DNA of 64,000 nt from an uncultured Lachnospiraceae bacterium (GTDB lineage Bacteria > Bacillota > Clostridia > Lachnospirales > Lachnospiraceae). The translations under genes and the position numbers were made by a program. Location of the stretch: positions 132,135 through 196,134 of the forward strand of contig CAJTUA010000005.1 of NCBI GenBank assembly GCA_910579615.1, read 5' to 3'. The first letter of the stretch is position 1. Every line of letters begins with the position of its first letter. This document shows positions 19,437 to 29,119 of this stretch, one piece after another. The notes under the pieces are model-generated. The model was given only the letters and a program-made list of their open reading frames with translations. It searched no databases and was not told the origin of the DNA.

Positions 19437-19973
19437 ATGGATGCATTAAGACGGGAAGAGGTTTATACCGTGGAGGATATCGAGGCTCTGCCGGAAGGGG
19501 AGAGGGCGGAATTGATTGACGGGCAGATTTATTATATGGCATCGCCGGGGAGAACGCACCAAAAGATAAGCATGTTTTTATCCGGTGAAATATCGGCGTA
19601 TATCAGAAAAAACAATGGGGAATGTGAGGTCTACGCCGCGCCGTTTGCAGTCTTCCTCCGAAACGACAATATGAATTATCTTGAACCGGACCTTTGTGTA
19701 ATCTGTGACCTCTCCAAATTGGATGAAAAAGGCTGTCACGGCGCGCCGGACTGGATGATTGAGATTGTTTCGCCGGGCAGCAGGCAGATGGATTATTACC
19801 GGAAGCTGTTTTTATACCGCGAGGCGGGTGTCCGGGAATACTGGGTGGTTGACCCGGATAAAAATACAACAACCGTCTATCATTTTGAGCGCGATACAAT
19901 GGAGGAATACCCTTTCGGGGCAGAAGTGCCTGTGGGGATATATGAGGGATTTTCGATAAATATCAGGTGTTAG
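19437..19973 (+). CDS. Uma2-family (DUF820) putative endonuclease
   Basis: YTVEDIEALPEG..ELIDG.IY.M.SPG..H N-terminus typical of Uma2. ATG at 19437 after GAGGAGG. Confidence 0.8.
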   Translation: MDALRREEVYTVEDIEALPEGERAELIDGQIYYMASPGRTHQKISMFLSGEISAYIRKNNGECEVYAAPFAVFLRNDNMNYLEPDLCVICDLSKLDEKGCHGAPDWMIEIVSPGSRQMDYYRKLFLYREAGVREYWVVDPDKNTTTVYHFERDTMEEYPFGAEVPVGIYEGFSINIRC

Positions 19974-20014
19974 GGAGAACCACAAGCAAATGGATATCAG
20001 AAATGGGGGAAATT

Positions 20015-20809
20015 ATGAGAGAATTGACATTGCAAGTGATAAGCAAACATGGCACGGTTATTGCAGAGAGCACGGGGGAGGATTTCACCGACCTTGTTGT
20101 GATGCGTGCCTATGAGGAGGGCGACCGGATTATGCTGCGTTCCTCCGAAAAAAATATTCACCTGAACTGGCAGGTGGACGATGCGTTGGGCGCGGCGTTT
20201 GTCTATATTACGGACGATGTTTCGTACCTAATTCCGTTCGGGGAGAAGCGTATCAGCTACTCGCCGAAGGTATTTATGGGGGAGCGCCACTACCTTTATG
20301 TGGAGACGGCAAGGACGGATGAAGTGGCGGCGTACCGAAACCTTGCCTTAAACCCGGCGGACCAGCACTGTGATGTGCCGTGCTATCCGCACGCGAGCGC
20401 GAATGTTGAGACGCGCGGCGAGGCGGTTTTTGCCGCGAAAAACGCGATTGATGGTGTGCGCGCAAATCTTTCCCACGGCGAATGGCCGTATGCGTCCTGG
20501 GGAATCAACCGCCAGGACGATGCCGCGATGACGGTTGACTTTGGCAGGCGGATTGTCACGGATAAGATTGTGCTTTATACGCGCGCGGATTTTCCTCACG
20601 ATAATTGGTGGCGGGAAGTTTCTGTTGATTTTTCGGACGGCAGCAGCGAGACCTTTGCATTGGAAAAAAGCACACGGGCACATGTGCTCACGTTTCCTGC
20701 GCGCGAGATTACGAGTCTGACGTTTTGCCGTTTGATAAAGGCGGATGACCCGTCCCCGTTCCCGGCGCTCAGCCAGATTGAGGTATATGGGAAGGTTGTG
20801 CAATTTTAA
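20015..20809 (+). CDS. Hypothetical protein with a C-terminal discoidin/F5-8-type-C-like carbohydrate-binding domain
   Basis: The C-terminal ~130 aa (AIDG...WASWG...DDAAMTVDFG...IVLYTR...SQIEVYG) resemble galactose-binding-like domains. I chose the ATG at 20015 after GGGGGA. Confidence 0.6.
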   Translation: MRELTLQVISKHGTVIAESTGEDFTDLVVMRAYEEGDRIMLRSSEKNIHLNWQVDDALGAAFVYITDDVSYLIPFGEKRISYSPKVFMGERHYLYVETARTDEVAAYRNLALNPADQHCDVPCYPHASANVETRGEAVFAAKNAIDGVRANLSHGEWPYASWGINRQDDAAMTVDFGRRIVTDKIVLYTRADFPHDNWWREVSVDFSDGSSETFALEKSTRAHVLTFPAREITSLTFCRLIKADDPSPFPALSQIEVYGKVVQF

Positions 20810-21029
20810 GTTGCGCGGTTTGCCGAAAAAGAAACTGTGGGATGGTAGAAGTCCGCACGCGGATTGTTTAAAATAATCCTGTCAAATAAAGCGGCATATG
20901 CCCCGGATGCGCCTTTGCGTGTTCCCGGACGCAGCCTTGCGCTTTGTGCGCTAAGCGGGAAGGGAATTCACGGTTGTGTGTCGGCATGAAGGGGAATGGA
21001 TGCGGAAACAAAGACAGGAGGAAAAACAT

Positions 21030-21491
21030 ATGAGTTTTGGACAGAATCTGCAATTTTTGCGCAAGATGGGCAACGGGATGACGCAGGAGGAGGATGCCAT
21101 CCGCCATGTAAATGAGTGGGCGAAGAGCCTGAAAATTGACGCGCCGAAGGTGATTGGCTGGGATTTCCCGGTGGTCTCGCAGGAGCAGGCAAATGTATTC
21201 GGTATGCACGGCTATGCAGCGGCGCTGGTTTTTGAGGGGGATGTGCCGAAGGTAGATTTGGGAACGGAGGTACTTTTGCAGGAAAAGCAGAAGTATGCCG
21301 CGATTACCGTCCGGCCGTCCGAGCAGTCACCATTTGCCCTGATTCCAAACGCTTACAAGGTTTTGATGGCACATATGAAAGTGAACGGGATGAAGGAGAA
21401 GGTGGATAAGAATGTCATTTCCTGTTTTGAGCGGGAATATGAGGTGGATGGGATTTGGCATATGGATATCTATATTGCATTAGAAAAGTGA
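21030..21491 (+). CDS. GyrI-like effector-binding domain protein with a vestigial HTH N-terminus
   Basis: Begins like an XRE HTH (FGQNLQFLRKMGNGMTQEE) but runs straight into a GyrI-like/SOUL-type domain. AGGAGG RBS before the ATG at 21030. Confidence 0.65.
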   Translation: MSFGQNLQFLRKMGNGMTQEEDAIRHVNEWAKSLKIDAPKVIGWDFPVVSQEQANVFGMHGYAAALVFEGDVPKVDLGTEVLLQEKQKYAAITVRPSEQSPFALIPNAYKVLMAHMKVNGMKEKVDKNVISCFEREYEVDGIWHMDIYIALEK

Positions 21492-21564
21492 AAAGAGCCC
21501 TTGCTTTACCGTGAGGGTTCCCGAGTGCTCCCTTTCGCGTGAAAGCAAAAAGGAAAGATTGCTT

Positions 21565-21666
21565 AAAGAGGCTGTCGCAAAATGTGGTTTCCGGCAAGAT
21601 ATAGATGCATCGATTTGTTCGGTATATCTTCATTGTGGAAAATTAACATTTTGTGACAGCCTCTTT
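21565..21666. repeat. Extended imperfect hairpin (21-bp arms, nested inner stems) between convergent genes
   Basis: AAAGAGGCTGTCGCAAAATGT (21565-21585) pairs with ACATTTTGTGACAGCCTCTTT (21646-21666), 20 of 21 bp. An inner AAGATATA/TATATCTT stem and a GATGCATC palindrome sit in the spacer. Confidence 0.6.
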
Positions 21667-21712
21667 TGGAATTTCTGGATTGCTAAAATTTTACAGTATC
21701 ATTTTTGTCAGC

Positions 21713-24235
21713 TTAGAAGCTTAAGCGGCAGTGGTGCAGATAAGGGCTGCCCGCCGTAACGGTCACACCAGCATCCCCTTTCTTGCGCAGATAAAGCATC
21801 AGCCTGCCATCAAGCGCATTGCGGAAATTGGCGCGGTAATCCGTGACATCGTGCACATCGCCGTTATCAAGCCCAAGGTATTCACAATCGCCGTCAATAT
21901 GGATATGGATGCGGGATTGGTCGGTGGCAACGCGCCGCCCACAGGCGTCAAGCACGGAAATCTCGATCTGGATGATATCCTCATCGCCGACCACCTCCAT
22001 ACCGATTTGCACCGGGGCACCGGTGGTCTCTAAGGTATGGCAGAGAACACTCGTGCCGCTTATTTCCCGGTTCGTATCGGGAACATGATCAAAACGGCAC
22101 GGGAAGTATTCGTAAGGAACCAACTCGGACGGGGAGGTTACGGAATCTGGATTCATTTTTACCAATGCGCCCGCGGTTATTTTTCCGGGTTCAAACGGCA
22201 CAAACCAACGGTAGAATCCCAGTTCTTCCACGTATTCCGCTTCCGCGTTTACCAAAACATCATTGATAAGCAATACCGGGTTTTCGCAGTTTGTATAGCA
22301 GCGCACCTCTATTTCCTCGCCCGGCACATAATTCCAGGATTCATGCATCATTTTCCACTCGCCCAAGTCGTCGTTTTTCCGGTTGGTGCAGATATGGATG
22401 ACTGGTGTTTCGCTCCACCAGCTCTGGCGGCTGTAATAGCGGGATTTTTCGAAACCTGCCGTGGAGAGGTTTCCTGAACCGTGCGTGTGGGACGGCCAAC
22501 CGCTGCACTCGCCAAGGTAGTCAATTCCAATCCAGAGGAATTGCCCTGAAATGTAAGGAAGCTTTTTTACCCATTCCCAGGCGGCATAGCTCGGACTGTT
22601 TTCGCTGCCGACAAACGGTTTATCCGGGAAACGGCGGTGGTCTGGCTCGTACAGATGCTCCTTGTAATTGTAGCCGACAACATCCAGATGGTCGATGTAG
22701 CCAAGGTTCGCGGAGAGTTCCGGGAAAGCGACGGCGGCAGTGACCGGGCGCGTCGGGTCGCTTTGCTTTACAATGTTTGCAAGCCTTCTGGAAATTGTGG
22801 TAAGGCGCTCCATATTCGGGCGGTCAGCGTTAAAGCGGCGTTCCTGCTCCGGTTTGTTTGCATCGTTGTTGCCGGTCATGGTCTGGAAGCTTGGGTGGTT
22901 GTACGGGTCATTCGGGTAGTCAATCTCATTGCCGATGGAAAAGAGCACAATGCTTGGGTGGTTGCGGTCGCGCCGAACCTGTGCGGTCAAATCGCGCTCA
23001 TGCCATTCCGGGAAATCATAGGCGTAGCCCTCATGCTTTGGCGGGTAGACATTGTGGCCGCGCCACCATTTATTTTTGCAGCCCTCCCACTCGTCGAATG
23101 CCTCGTCCATCACAAGGAAGCCCATCTCGTCACAGAGCTCGTAAAGCTCGTTGGCGTGCGGGTTGTGGCTCATTCGGATGGCGTTGCAGCCCATTGCTTT
23201 TAGCTTGGAAAGCCGTCTGCGCCAGGTGCCCTTTGTCATGGCGGCACCAAGCGCGCCGCCGTCGTGGTGCAGGCAGACACCCTTAAAAATGGCAGGTTTT
23301 TCGTTGAGGAAAAAGCCCTTGTCTGCATCAAAGCGGATGGAGCGGATGCCGACCTTTTGTTCGTCCACGGTGCTTGTCTTCCCGTTTGGAAGGACGAGGC
23401 TTGTGCGCAGCGTGTAAAGCGCCGGGCTTTCTGGGGACCACAGGCGCGGGGAGGCGAGCGTGCCGGAGGTTGTTACGGTCTGTGGCTTGCCCTTTGTGAG
23501 AATTGCCGCAGTCTCAAATACGGCCACAGCATGTTCTTCTTCAAAGAGGGTGGACTGCACGGTGACCTCGGCGGTGTTTTCTGGCACAAGCTCGGAGAGT
23601 ACAAGTTCGTTGTCAATGACAATTTCGGCACAGTCCGTGCTGACCTTCGGTGTCTGGAAGAAAATGCCGTATTCCTGCGGATAGACTTCGCCGAACTGCT
23701 GCAGCGTTACTTTGCGTGTGATGCCGGAACCGGTGAACCACCGGGAGTCCGCGATGTCTTCGTGGGAGACTTTGACCGCGATAACGTTTTCTGCGCCGCC
23801 AAAGGAGCTGTGAGATGCTGCATTTCCGGACTCGTTCGTGGACATTACATTGCCCGCAGGAAGGGCAGGGGAGTTCTCTTCTTCCCCGGAAAAATTCAGG
23901 AAATCCGTCACATCGTAACGGAACGATATGTAACCGTTCGGGCGTCTGCCAAGATAGTAGCCGTTAATCCAGACCTGGCTGTTTTTGTACACACCGTCAA
24001 AGCAGAGGAAGAATTTGCTCCCTTTCGCCTCTATTGGCAGGGAAAAATGCTTCCGGTACCAGGCCGTTCCTCCAATGACATAGCCCGTACCACTCGAGCA
24101 GCTGCGGTCTTTTGGGTGTTCGATGGACCAGTCGTGTGGGAGTGTGACTTGTCTCCAGTCTGTGTCAGCGTAGTTTTTTTCAAAAGCATTTTCCAGGTCG
24201 CCAAGGTGGAAGCGCCAGTTTGTGTCAAGCAACAT
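21713..24235 (-). CDS. Glycoside hydrolase family 2 (beta-galactosidase/beta-glucuronidase-like), 840 aa
   Basis: GH2 sugar-binding N-terminus (NWRFHLGD...LPHDW), TIM barrel with SHNPHANELYELCDEMGFLVMDE and the acid/base block FSIGNEI. Confidence 0.9.
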   Translation of the reverse strand: MLLDTNWRFHLGDLENAFEKNYADTDWRQVTLPHDWSIEHPKDRSCSSGTGYVIGGTAWYRKHFSLPIEAKGSKFFLCFDGVYKNSQVWINGYYLGRRPNGYISFRYDVTDFLNFSGEEENSPALPAGNVMSTNESGNAASHSSFGGAENVIAVKVSHEDIADSRWFTGSGITRKVTLQQFGEVYPQEYGIFFQTPKVSTDCAEIVIDNELVLSELVPENTAEVTVQSTLFEEEHAVAVFETAAILTKGKPQTVTTSGTLASPRLWSPESPALYTLRTSLVLPNGKTSTVDEQKVGIRSIRFDADKGFFLNEKPAIFKGVCLHHDGGALGAAMTKGTWRRRLSKLKAMGCNAIRMSHNPHANELYELCDEMGFLVMDEAFDEWEGCKNKWWRGHNVYPPKHEGYAYDFPEWHERDLTAQVRRDRNHPSIVLFSIGNEIDYPNDPYNHPSFQTMTGNNDANKPEQERRFNADRPNMERLTTISRRLANIVKQSDPTRPVTAAVAFPELSANLGYIDHLDVVGYNYKEHLYEPDHRRFPDKPFVGSENSPSYAAWEWVKKLPYISGQFLWIGIDYLGECSGWPSHTHGSGNLSTAGFEKSRYYSRQSWWSETPVIHICTNRKNDDLGEWKMMHESWNYVPGEEIEVRCYTNCENPVLLINDVLVNAEAEYVEELGFYRWFVPFEPGKITAGALVKMNPDSVTSPSELVPYEYFPCRFDHVPDTNREISGTSVLCHTLETTGAPVQIGMEVVGDEDIIQIEISVLDACGRRVATDQSRIHIHIDGDCEYLGLDNGDVHDVTDYRANFRNALDGRLMLYLRKKGDAGVTVTAGSPYLHHCRLSF

Positions 24236-24644
24236 GTTGAAAAACCTCCTTACGTTTCGTTTTGCATACGTCTTTCTGTTACCAATACACGTCAGTAAAA
24301 TTTGTGTCCGCTTTGTTTTTTGGAAATTTCACTGGGCACTGTTGGGGGGCGTATGAGGTTGGTTGGGATTGGTTTGGTTTGAAAGCTTTTGATGCAGGAT
24401 TTTTTCATTTATTTCTGTTTTACTTCAGAAGAAAAATCTACTGCAATCGGTTTCAAAACATTGGTTGCCTTTATCATAGTCGATTTTCGGGCGCACGGCA
24501 ATGGATTTTGTTGGTGTAGTTTTGTCGTTTGTTAGCATGTTGAAATGTGCAGCTGCTTGAGTTCTGGCAGCAGGAAGATTGGTTAATCCGCCCCCTATTG
24601 TGGCTGCGGCTTCTTAATGGTATTTGCAATCTGCATCCCCATAT

Positions 24645-26387
24645 TCATTGTGCCACCATATATAGGGAATAGAACAATCCCTGCCGCTTCATCAGTTCCG
24701 CAAAGCTCCCGCGCTCCGCAAGTTGACCGCCATGCATGACGAGGATTTCATCGCAGCGGGAGAGCAGGGTTTCTTCTAAACGGTGGGTGACGAGGATGCG
24801 GGTCAGGTCTTCTATGTCAAGAATTGAGCCCATGACCGCGGCGGCAGTTACGGCATCCAGCGCGGCGGTTGCTTCGTCCATCAAAAGCACGGGGGCATTG
24901 TTTAAGAGTGCCCTTGCAATGGAAATCCGCTGTTTCTCGCCGCCGGAAAGGGCATTGCCATTCTCGCCGCAGATGTAATCCCCGCCCTTTTGTGCAATGA
25001 GCGCGCTAAGCCCAGACTGGCGCAGCGCTTCCTCGATCCGTTCTTCCGGAAAATCCTTGAACATGGTCACATTGTTGCGGATGGTATCATTGAAAATGAA
25101 AACATTTTGCTGCACAATGGCAAGCAGCTCATACAAGGTGTCTGTGTGGATGTTGCGCAGTTCGTTCCCGTCGTAATAAATTTCGCCATCGTACTGCATA
25201 GAATTCCCGCTAAGGAGATTTAAGAGTGTGGATTTCCCGGAGCCGGAGTTTCCGACGATGGCATAGCTTTTTCCAGCCCGGAATTCCATATTTAAATTTT
25301 GCAGTACCGCCTCGTTTTCCTCATAGGAAAATCCGAGATGGTTTACGCGGATTCCTTCGGAAAGTTTTGCCGGGATGCGCAGTTTTCCCTCTTCGTCCAT
25401 GGTGTTTTGTGCGAGGGCACCGGAGATTTTGTCAATCAGGGCAAGCGCTGCCTTACGGTCAGCAATTAGTTTCGGAAGTGTGCCGACCGGCTGCAAAATC
25501 ATAGCCATGAGCTGTACGAATACGATGACCACGCCGGCGGTGATTTTTCCGTTTATGGCAAGATGGGCGGCAACAAGGAAAATGCCAAGCTGGGAGATGA
25601 GCATGGCGGCAATGGAAAACATCTTGATTCTCTCGGCTTTCAGGAAGCGCCGTGCTTTCGTGCTCTCCAACTGATTGTTTTCGGAGCAGAAAAGCTTTTG
25701 CACCTGTGCTTCTGCTTTAAAGCTTTTAATAACGGAAAATCCGCCGAGCAGGTCCTTGATGGTGCCAACGAAGGTTTCGTTTTGGGTGGAAACCTGTTGC
25801 TCCAGGGCAGGGAGATTGCCGCTGGTAAGAATGGATAAAATCATTGGCAGCAAAGAAAGCAGGATGGAGACGAGAGTAAGGATAGGGCTGTACCAGAGCA
25901 TCAGCGCAATCGAGCCAAAGAAACTGATAAGCTGTCCTAAGAGTTCAAACGTGTTTTCCAGATAATTGCTCTGGATGGAGGCTGTGTCATTGGTGAGTGC
26001 GGAAATATATGTACTGGTATTTTCAGCGGAAAATGTGCCAATGCTTTTGCGGGTCAGCTCCCCAAAGACAAATTCTTTGTACTGTGTCATTGCGCGGCGG
26101 ATAAAGCCTGCCCGCGCGCGCCGAAAGATTTCGAAGATAAGAAGGAAGCCAAGGATGATGGCAGCGCATCCGATGCCGAGGCTTTGCAGAGAGTCCCCGA
26201 CGCCCGATGCGGCATCTAAAATTTTTTGCATCATCACCGAAAGCACGAGGTTGATGGAGTTTACAAGTGCGCCCGTGATGATGGCGGCAACAAAAAGACA
26301 GTGGTTTCCTGCGTAGAGCTTTCTGGTAAAACAACGGCGGTCTTTTTGTGTGTTAGGCGATTTCTTGATAGTCTGTTTCCGATTCAT
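24645..26387 (-). CDS. ABC exporter, fused permease/ATPase (MsbA/type-I exporter-like)
   Basis: Six-TM N-terminal half. Walker A GNSGSGKST, signature LSGGEKQR and Walker B LLMDEATAALD. Confidence 0.9.
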   Translation of the reverse strand: MNRKQTIKKSPNTQKDRRCFTRKLYAGNHCLFVAAIITGALVNSINLVLSVMMQKILDAASGVGDSLQSLGIGCAAIILGFLLIFEIFRRARAGFIRRAMTQYKEFVFGELTRKSIGTFSAENTSTYISALTNDTASIQSNYLENTFELLGQLISFFGSIALMLWYSPILTLVSILLSLLPMILSILTSGNLPALEQQVSTQNETFVGTIKDLLGGFSVIKSFKAEAQVQKLFCSENNQLESTKARRFLKAERIKMFSIAAMLISQLGIFLVAAHLAINGKITAGVVIVFVQLMAMILQPVGTLPKLIADRKAALALIDKISGALAQNTMDEEGKLRIPAKLSEGIRVNHLGFSYEENEAVLQNLNMEFRAGKSYAIVGNSGSGKSTLLNLLSGNSMQYDGEIYYDGNELRNIHTDTLYELLAIVQQNVFIFNDTIRNNVTMFKDFPEERIEEALRQSGLSALIAQKGGDYICGENGNALSGGEKQRISIARALLNNAPVLLMDEATAALDAVTAAAVMGSILDIEDLTRILVTHRLEETLLSRCDEILVMHGGQLAERGSFAELMKRQGLFYSLYMVAQ

Positions 26388-26447
26388 TTTTTTGATTCCT
26401 TTCTGATTTTGAGTTCCGCGGAATCCCTCCCGATTCCGCTGATTTTT

Positions 26448-27365
26448 TTATATTTTCCATCCTGCGACCAAACTGCCGGTTCCGGGAACCTCTGTAAAAA
26501 TCGGCTTTTGGCGCAGGTCGGCGCACATGTCAACGGATTCAACGCATCTCATAAGCTGTCCGCAGAAAAAAAGGAAAACCAATAGGTTGATTTGCGGGTT
26601 CTTCTGATACACGCAGAGTGTTCCGGCGGCATCCGTAACATTGAGTTTTACTACCATTTGATGGAGGGTTAGCTCATCGAGGATTTCCTGTGCCAATGCA
26701 TCCGGGATGCCAAGCTTTGATGCCGCCAGGGAAGCAGTAAAATATTCTGTCTGGGGGCGCATGTCAATGTCAATCAGCATATCAAGATAATGCGGCTTTG
26801 CGAGAAGCTGAAACAAACGAACATATTCCCCGGGGCGTTTTAACATGGAGGCATAACCTCCCTCGCTCTCGGGAAGCACTACGCTAAAGCGCATGTCCCT
26901 GGCTAATCCCTGAAGCATACAGCATGAATCCGTGTTAATGACAATCTGGCCAGGAATGTGTTCCGGGTTTTCCTGCGCACTGCGGTCGGAAATTTCCAGG
27001 GAGGAAAGCATTGTGGATGCAAACTGGTACTCCTGGGATTGGCTTGTGATAGAAGCACGCTGCATAATCCAATTATATTCCAACACTTTTTCTATGCAGC
27101 TTTCTTTTGGCTCGTTTTGTATAGCGCGGTATAGGAGTTCCTTTAAATCGAAAGCTTCACCGCCCTCCCTGCCAAATAATGCGTCAACCGAAACATGCAG
27201 CATGTCGGCAATTGCGGGCAGCAGTTCCACATCCGGCGTTCCGCCGCATTCCCAACGCGAAACAGCCTGGGTTGAGACACCGACGGATTTTCCCAATTCC
27301 TCCTGTGTCATGCCTGCCTCCTTGCGGAATTTTGAGATTTGTTCTCCGAGTATGTTTTTTGTCAT
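26448..27365 (-). CDS. XRE-family HTH transcriptional regulator with ~230-aa C-terminal domain
   Basis: LGEQISKFRKEAGMTQEELGKSVGVSTQAVSRWE HTH. Lies upstream of, and is likely co-transcribed with, the ABC exporter. Confidence 0.85.
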   Translation of the reverse strand: MTKNILGEQISKFRKEAGMTQEELGKSVGVSTQAVSRWECGGTPDVELLPAIADMLHVSVDALFGREGGEAFDLKELLYRAIQNEPKESCIEKVLEYNWIMQRASITSQSQEYQFASTMLSSLEISDRSAQENPEHIPGQIVINTDSCCMLQGLARDMRFSVVLPESEGGYASMLKRPGEYVRLFQLLAKPHYLDMLIDIDMRPQTEYFTASLAASKLGIPDALAQEILDELTLHQMVVKLNVTDAAGTLCVYQKNPQINLLVFLFFCGQLMRCVESVDMCADLRQKPIFTEVPGTGSLVAGWKI

Positions 27366-27627
27366 AGATGAAAAACTCCTTTCAACGGTTGTTTGTATTA
27401 TATATCATCCAATACTTGAATTCCATGCATTTGTATTGGAAGAAAATCAAGCGGTGTTTGAATTGTGGCAGAATGTTGCGCAGATTTTACAAAAACCTTT
27501 CAAAAATTTTAAAAATTCTAAACTTTATGGTTTTATTCTTGCGCTTTTTTGGCTTTGTGATAAACTGGGAGGTGCGAAAAAATAGCAAAGCGAAGATTTT
27601 TGAAGAGGAATCGGAGGAGAGAGTGAA

Positions 27628-28437
27628 ATGCAGAAAAGAAAAAGAAAATGGATTGGAGCAGCGCTGCTTTGTGCGTTTACGATTGCGGCGTGCGGAAAGG
27701 AGGCAGGTACAAAAACGCCGGGCGGCGGAACAGGAACGGAAATACCCGGTGGGGATTCCGGTACTGTTACGGCAGTGCCCGGAAATGGTACCAGTAACGA
27801 CGCAGAGGCTGCCCCAAAGATTTCCTTTGAGATTCTTACGGAATCGGAGAAGGATGCGCAGGGCGGCGAGTTTATCCGCGCACAATACCCTGTGTTTTCG
27901 GTTTCGGGTGAGGGGTATGAAGCCTTAGCGGCAGCGCTTGCTTTCCTGAATGAGGAGTGGAAGGGGCAGGCAGATACATTTCTTGCTGATATGAAGGAGG
28001 CTGCACAAGAATACCAGAAATCCGTGGATTCTTCCTATCTGTTCCGGCAGGATATCAATGCAAATATCACGCGCTGTGACCAGGAAATCGTTAGCATCCT
28101 GGTTACAAGGAGCGTGGAGGAAGGCGGACCGCACCCGAATAATGATTTTCATTCCCGCAATTTTGATGCAAAAACAGGGGAGGTTTTAAGGCTTTCGGAT
28201 GTGGTGGCAGTGGACGATGCGTTAAAGGAAAAAATTAAGGCAGAACTTTATGCTAATTATTCGGAACTGGAATTTGATGAGGCGCTGTTGGAGGCGGATA
28301 TCCAGGGGGCGCTCACGGACAGTGAGTTGGAATGGTATTTCATGGACGGACAGATTTGCATCGGTTTTAAGGAGGGCTCGTTTGGTTTCGGGCATGCGGA
28401 AGGAAGCCTTGGGGTGTTGATTCCGGTTGAGAAGTAA
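27628..28437 (+). CDS. Lipoprotein with DUF3298/RsiV-like extracytoplasmic domain
   Basis: Lipobox FTIAAC after a basic N-terminus. The EGGPHPNNDFHSRNFDAKTGEVLRLSDV block is typical of the DUF4163/DUF3298 family. Confidence 0.7.
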   Translation: MQKRKRKWIGAALLCAFTIAACGKEAGTKTPGGGTGTEIPGGDSGTVTAVPGNGTSNDAEAAPKISFEILTESEKDAQGGEFIRAQYPVFSVSGEGYEALAAALAFLNEEWKGQADTFLADMKEAAQEYQKSVDSSYLFRQDINANITRCDQEIVSILVTRSVEEGGPHPNNDFHSRNFDAKTGEVLRLSDVVAVDDALKEKIKAELYANYSELEFDEALLEADIQGALTDSELEWYFMDGQICIGFKEGSFGFGHAEGSLGVLIPVEK

Positions 28438-28583
28438 GGAGAACTATGATAGTGTAAACATATTCAAAAGAATGCCACAGGAAGGCCGACGGTATGGATG
28501 GGAAAGACTGCGGACTCTGTGATGCCAGCCAGAAATAAAAAGTAGTTTTCAAACACACCTTGGCGGCGGAAAGCGAGGAGAAA

Positions 28584-29011
28584 ATGATAGAGGTCAGGTT
28601 TTACGAGGATGTGGACGATGCCCTGCTCAGGTTTGCAGTAATTCTTGCGAAAACACAGGGAAAATGGGTGTTCTGCAAGCACCGGGAAAGGAATACTTAT
28701 GAGATACCGGGCGGGCACCGGGAGGTAGGGGAGACCATTTTAGAAACGGCAAAACGGGAGCTTTATGAGGAAACAGGGGCGGTTGATTTTGACATGGAAA
28801 AGCTTTGCGTTTATTCCGTTGTGCGGGATAAAAATGTAGCGGAGGAATCCTTTGGCATGCTATATTTTGCGCAAATCAGGAATTTGAGGAGGAGTTGCAC
28901 AGCGAGATTGAAAAGATTATTCTGACGGATGAACCAGTGGAGTCCTGGACATATCCGGAAATTCAGCCGAAGCTGATGGAGGAGTATGAAAGGCGGATAG
29001 GGAAAAAATAG
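28584..29011 (+). pseudogene. NUDIX hydrolase interrupted by a -1 frameshift near 28870
   Basis: Nudix box GGHREVGETILETAKRELYEETG in frame 0. That frame stops at 28925, while the protein-like C-terminus (EFEEELHSEIEKIILTDEPVESWTYPEIQPKLMEEYERRIGKK) continues in the -1 frame to the TAG at 29009-29011. Confidence 0.75.
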
Positions 29012-29042
29012 GGATGTGGCGGTTGCTATGCCCTATTTTTTT
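29003..29042 (+). terminator. AT-rich hairpin terminator after the NUDIX gene
   Basis: AAAAAATAGGG ... CCCTATTTTTT. Confidence 0.55.
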
Positions 29043-29119
29043 GTGGCAAATTAGAAATAAAAGTGGTATAATCAGACATATTGTTGTAGAGTTTTAGATG
29101 AATAATGGGAGAAATGTAG

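Noticed and set aside
23264-24298. 344-aa plus-strand ORF, and several 140-190-aa ORFs, antisense to the 840-aa GH2 gene
   Set aside because: They are shadow ORFs on the strand opposite a well-supported, G+C-rich gene. Their composition is Arg/Ala/Gly/Cys-rich with no motifs and no RBS.
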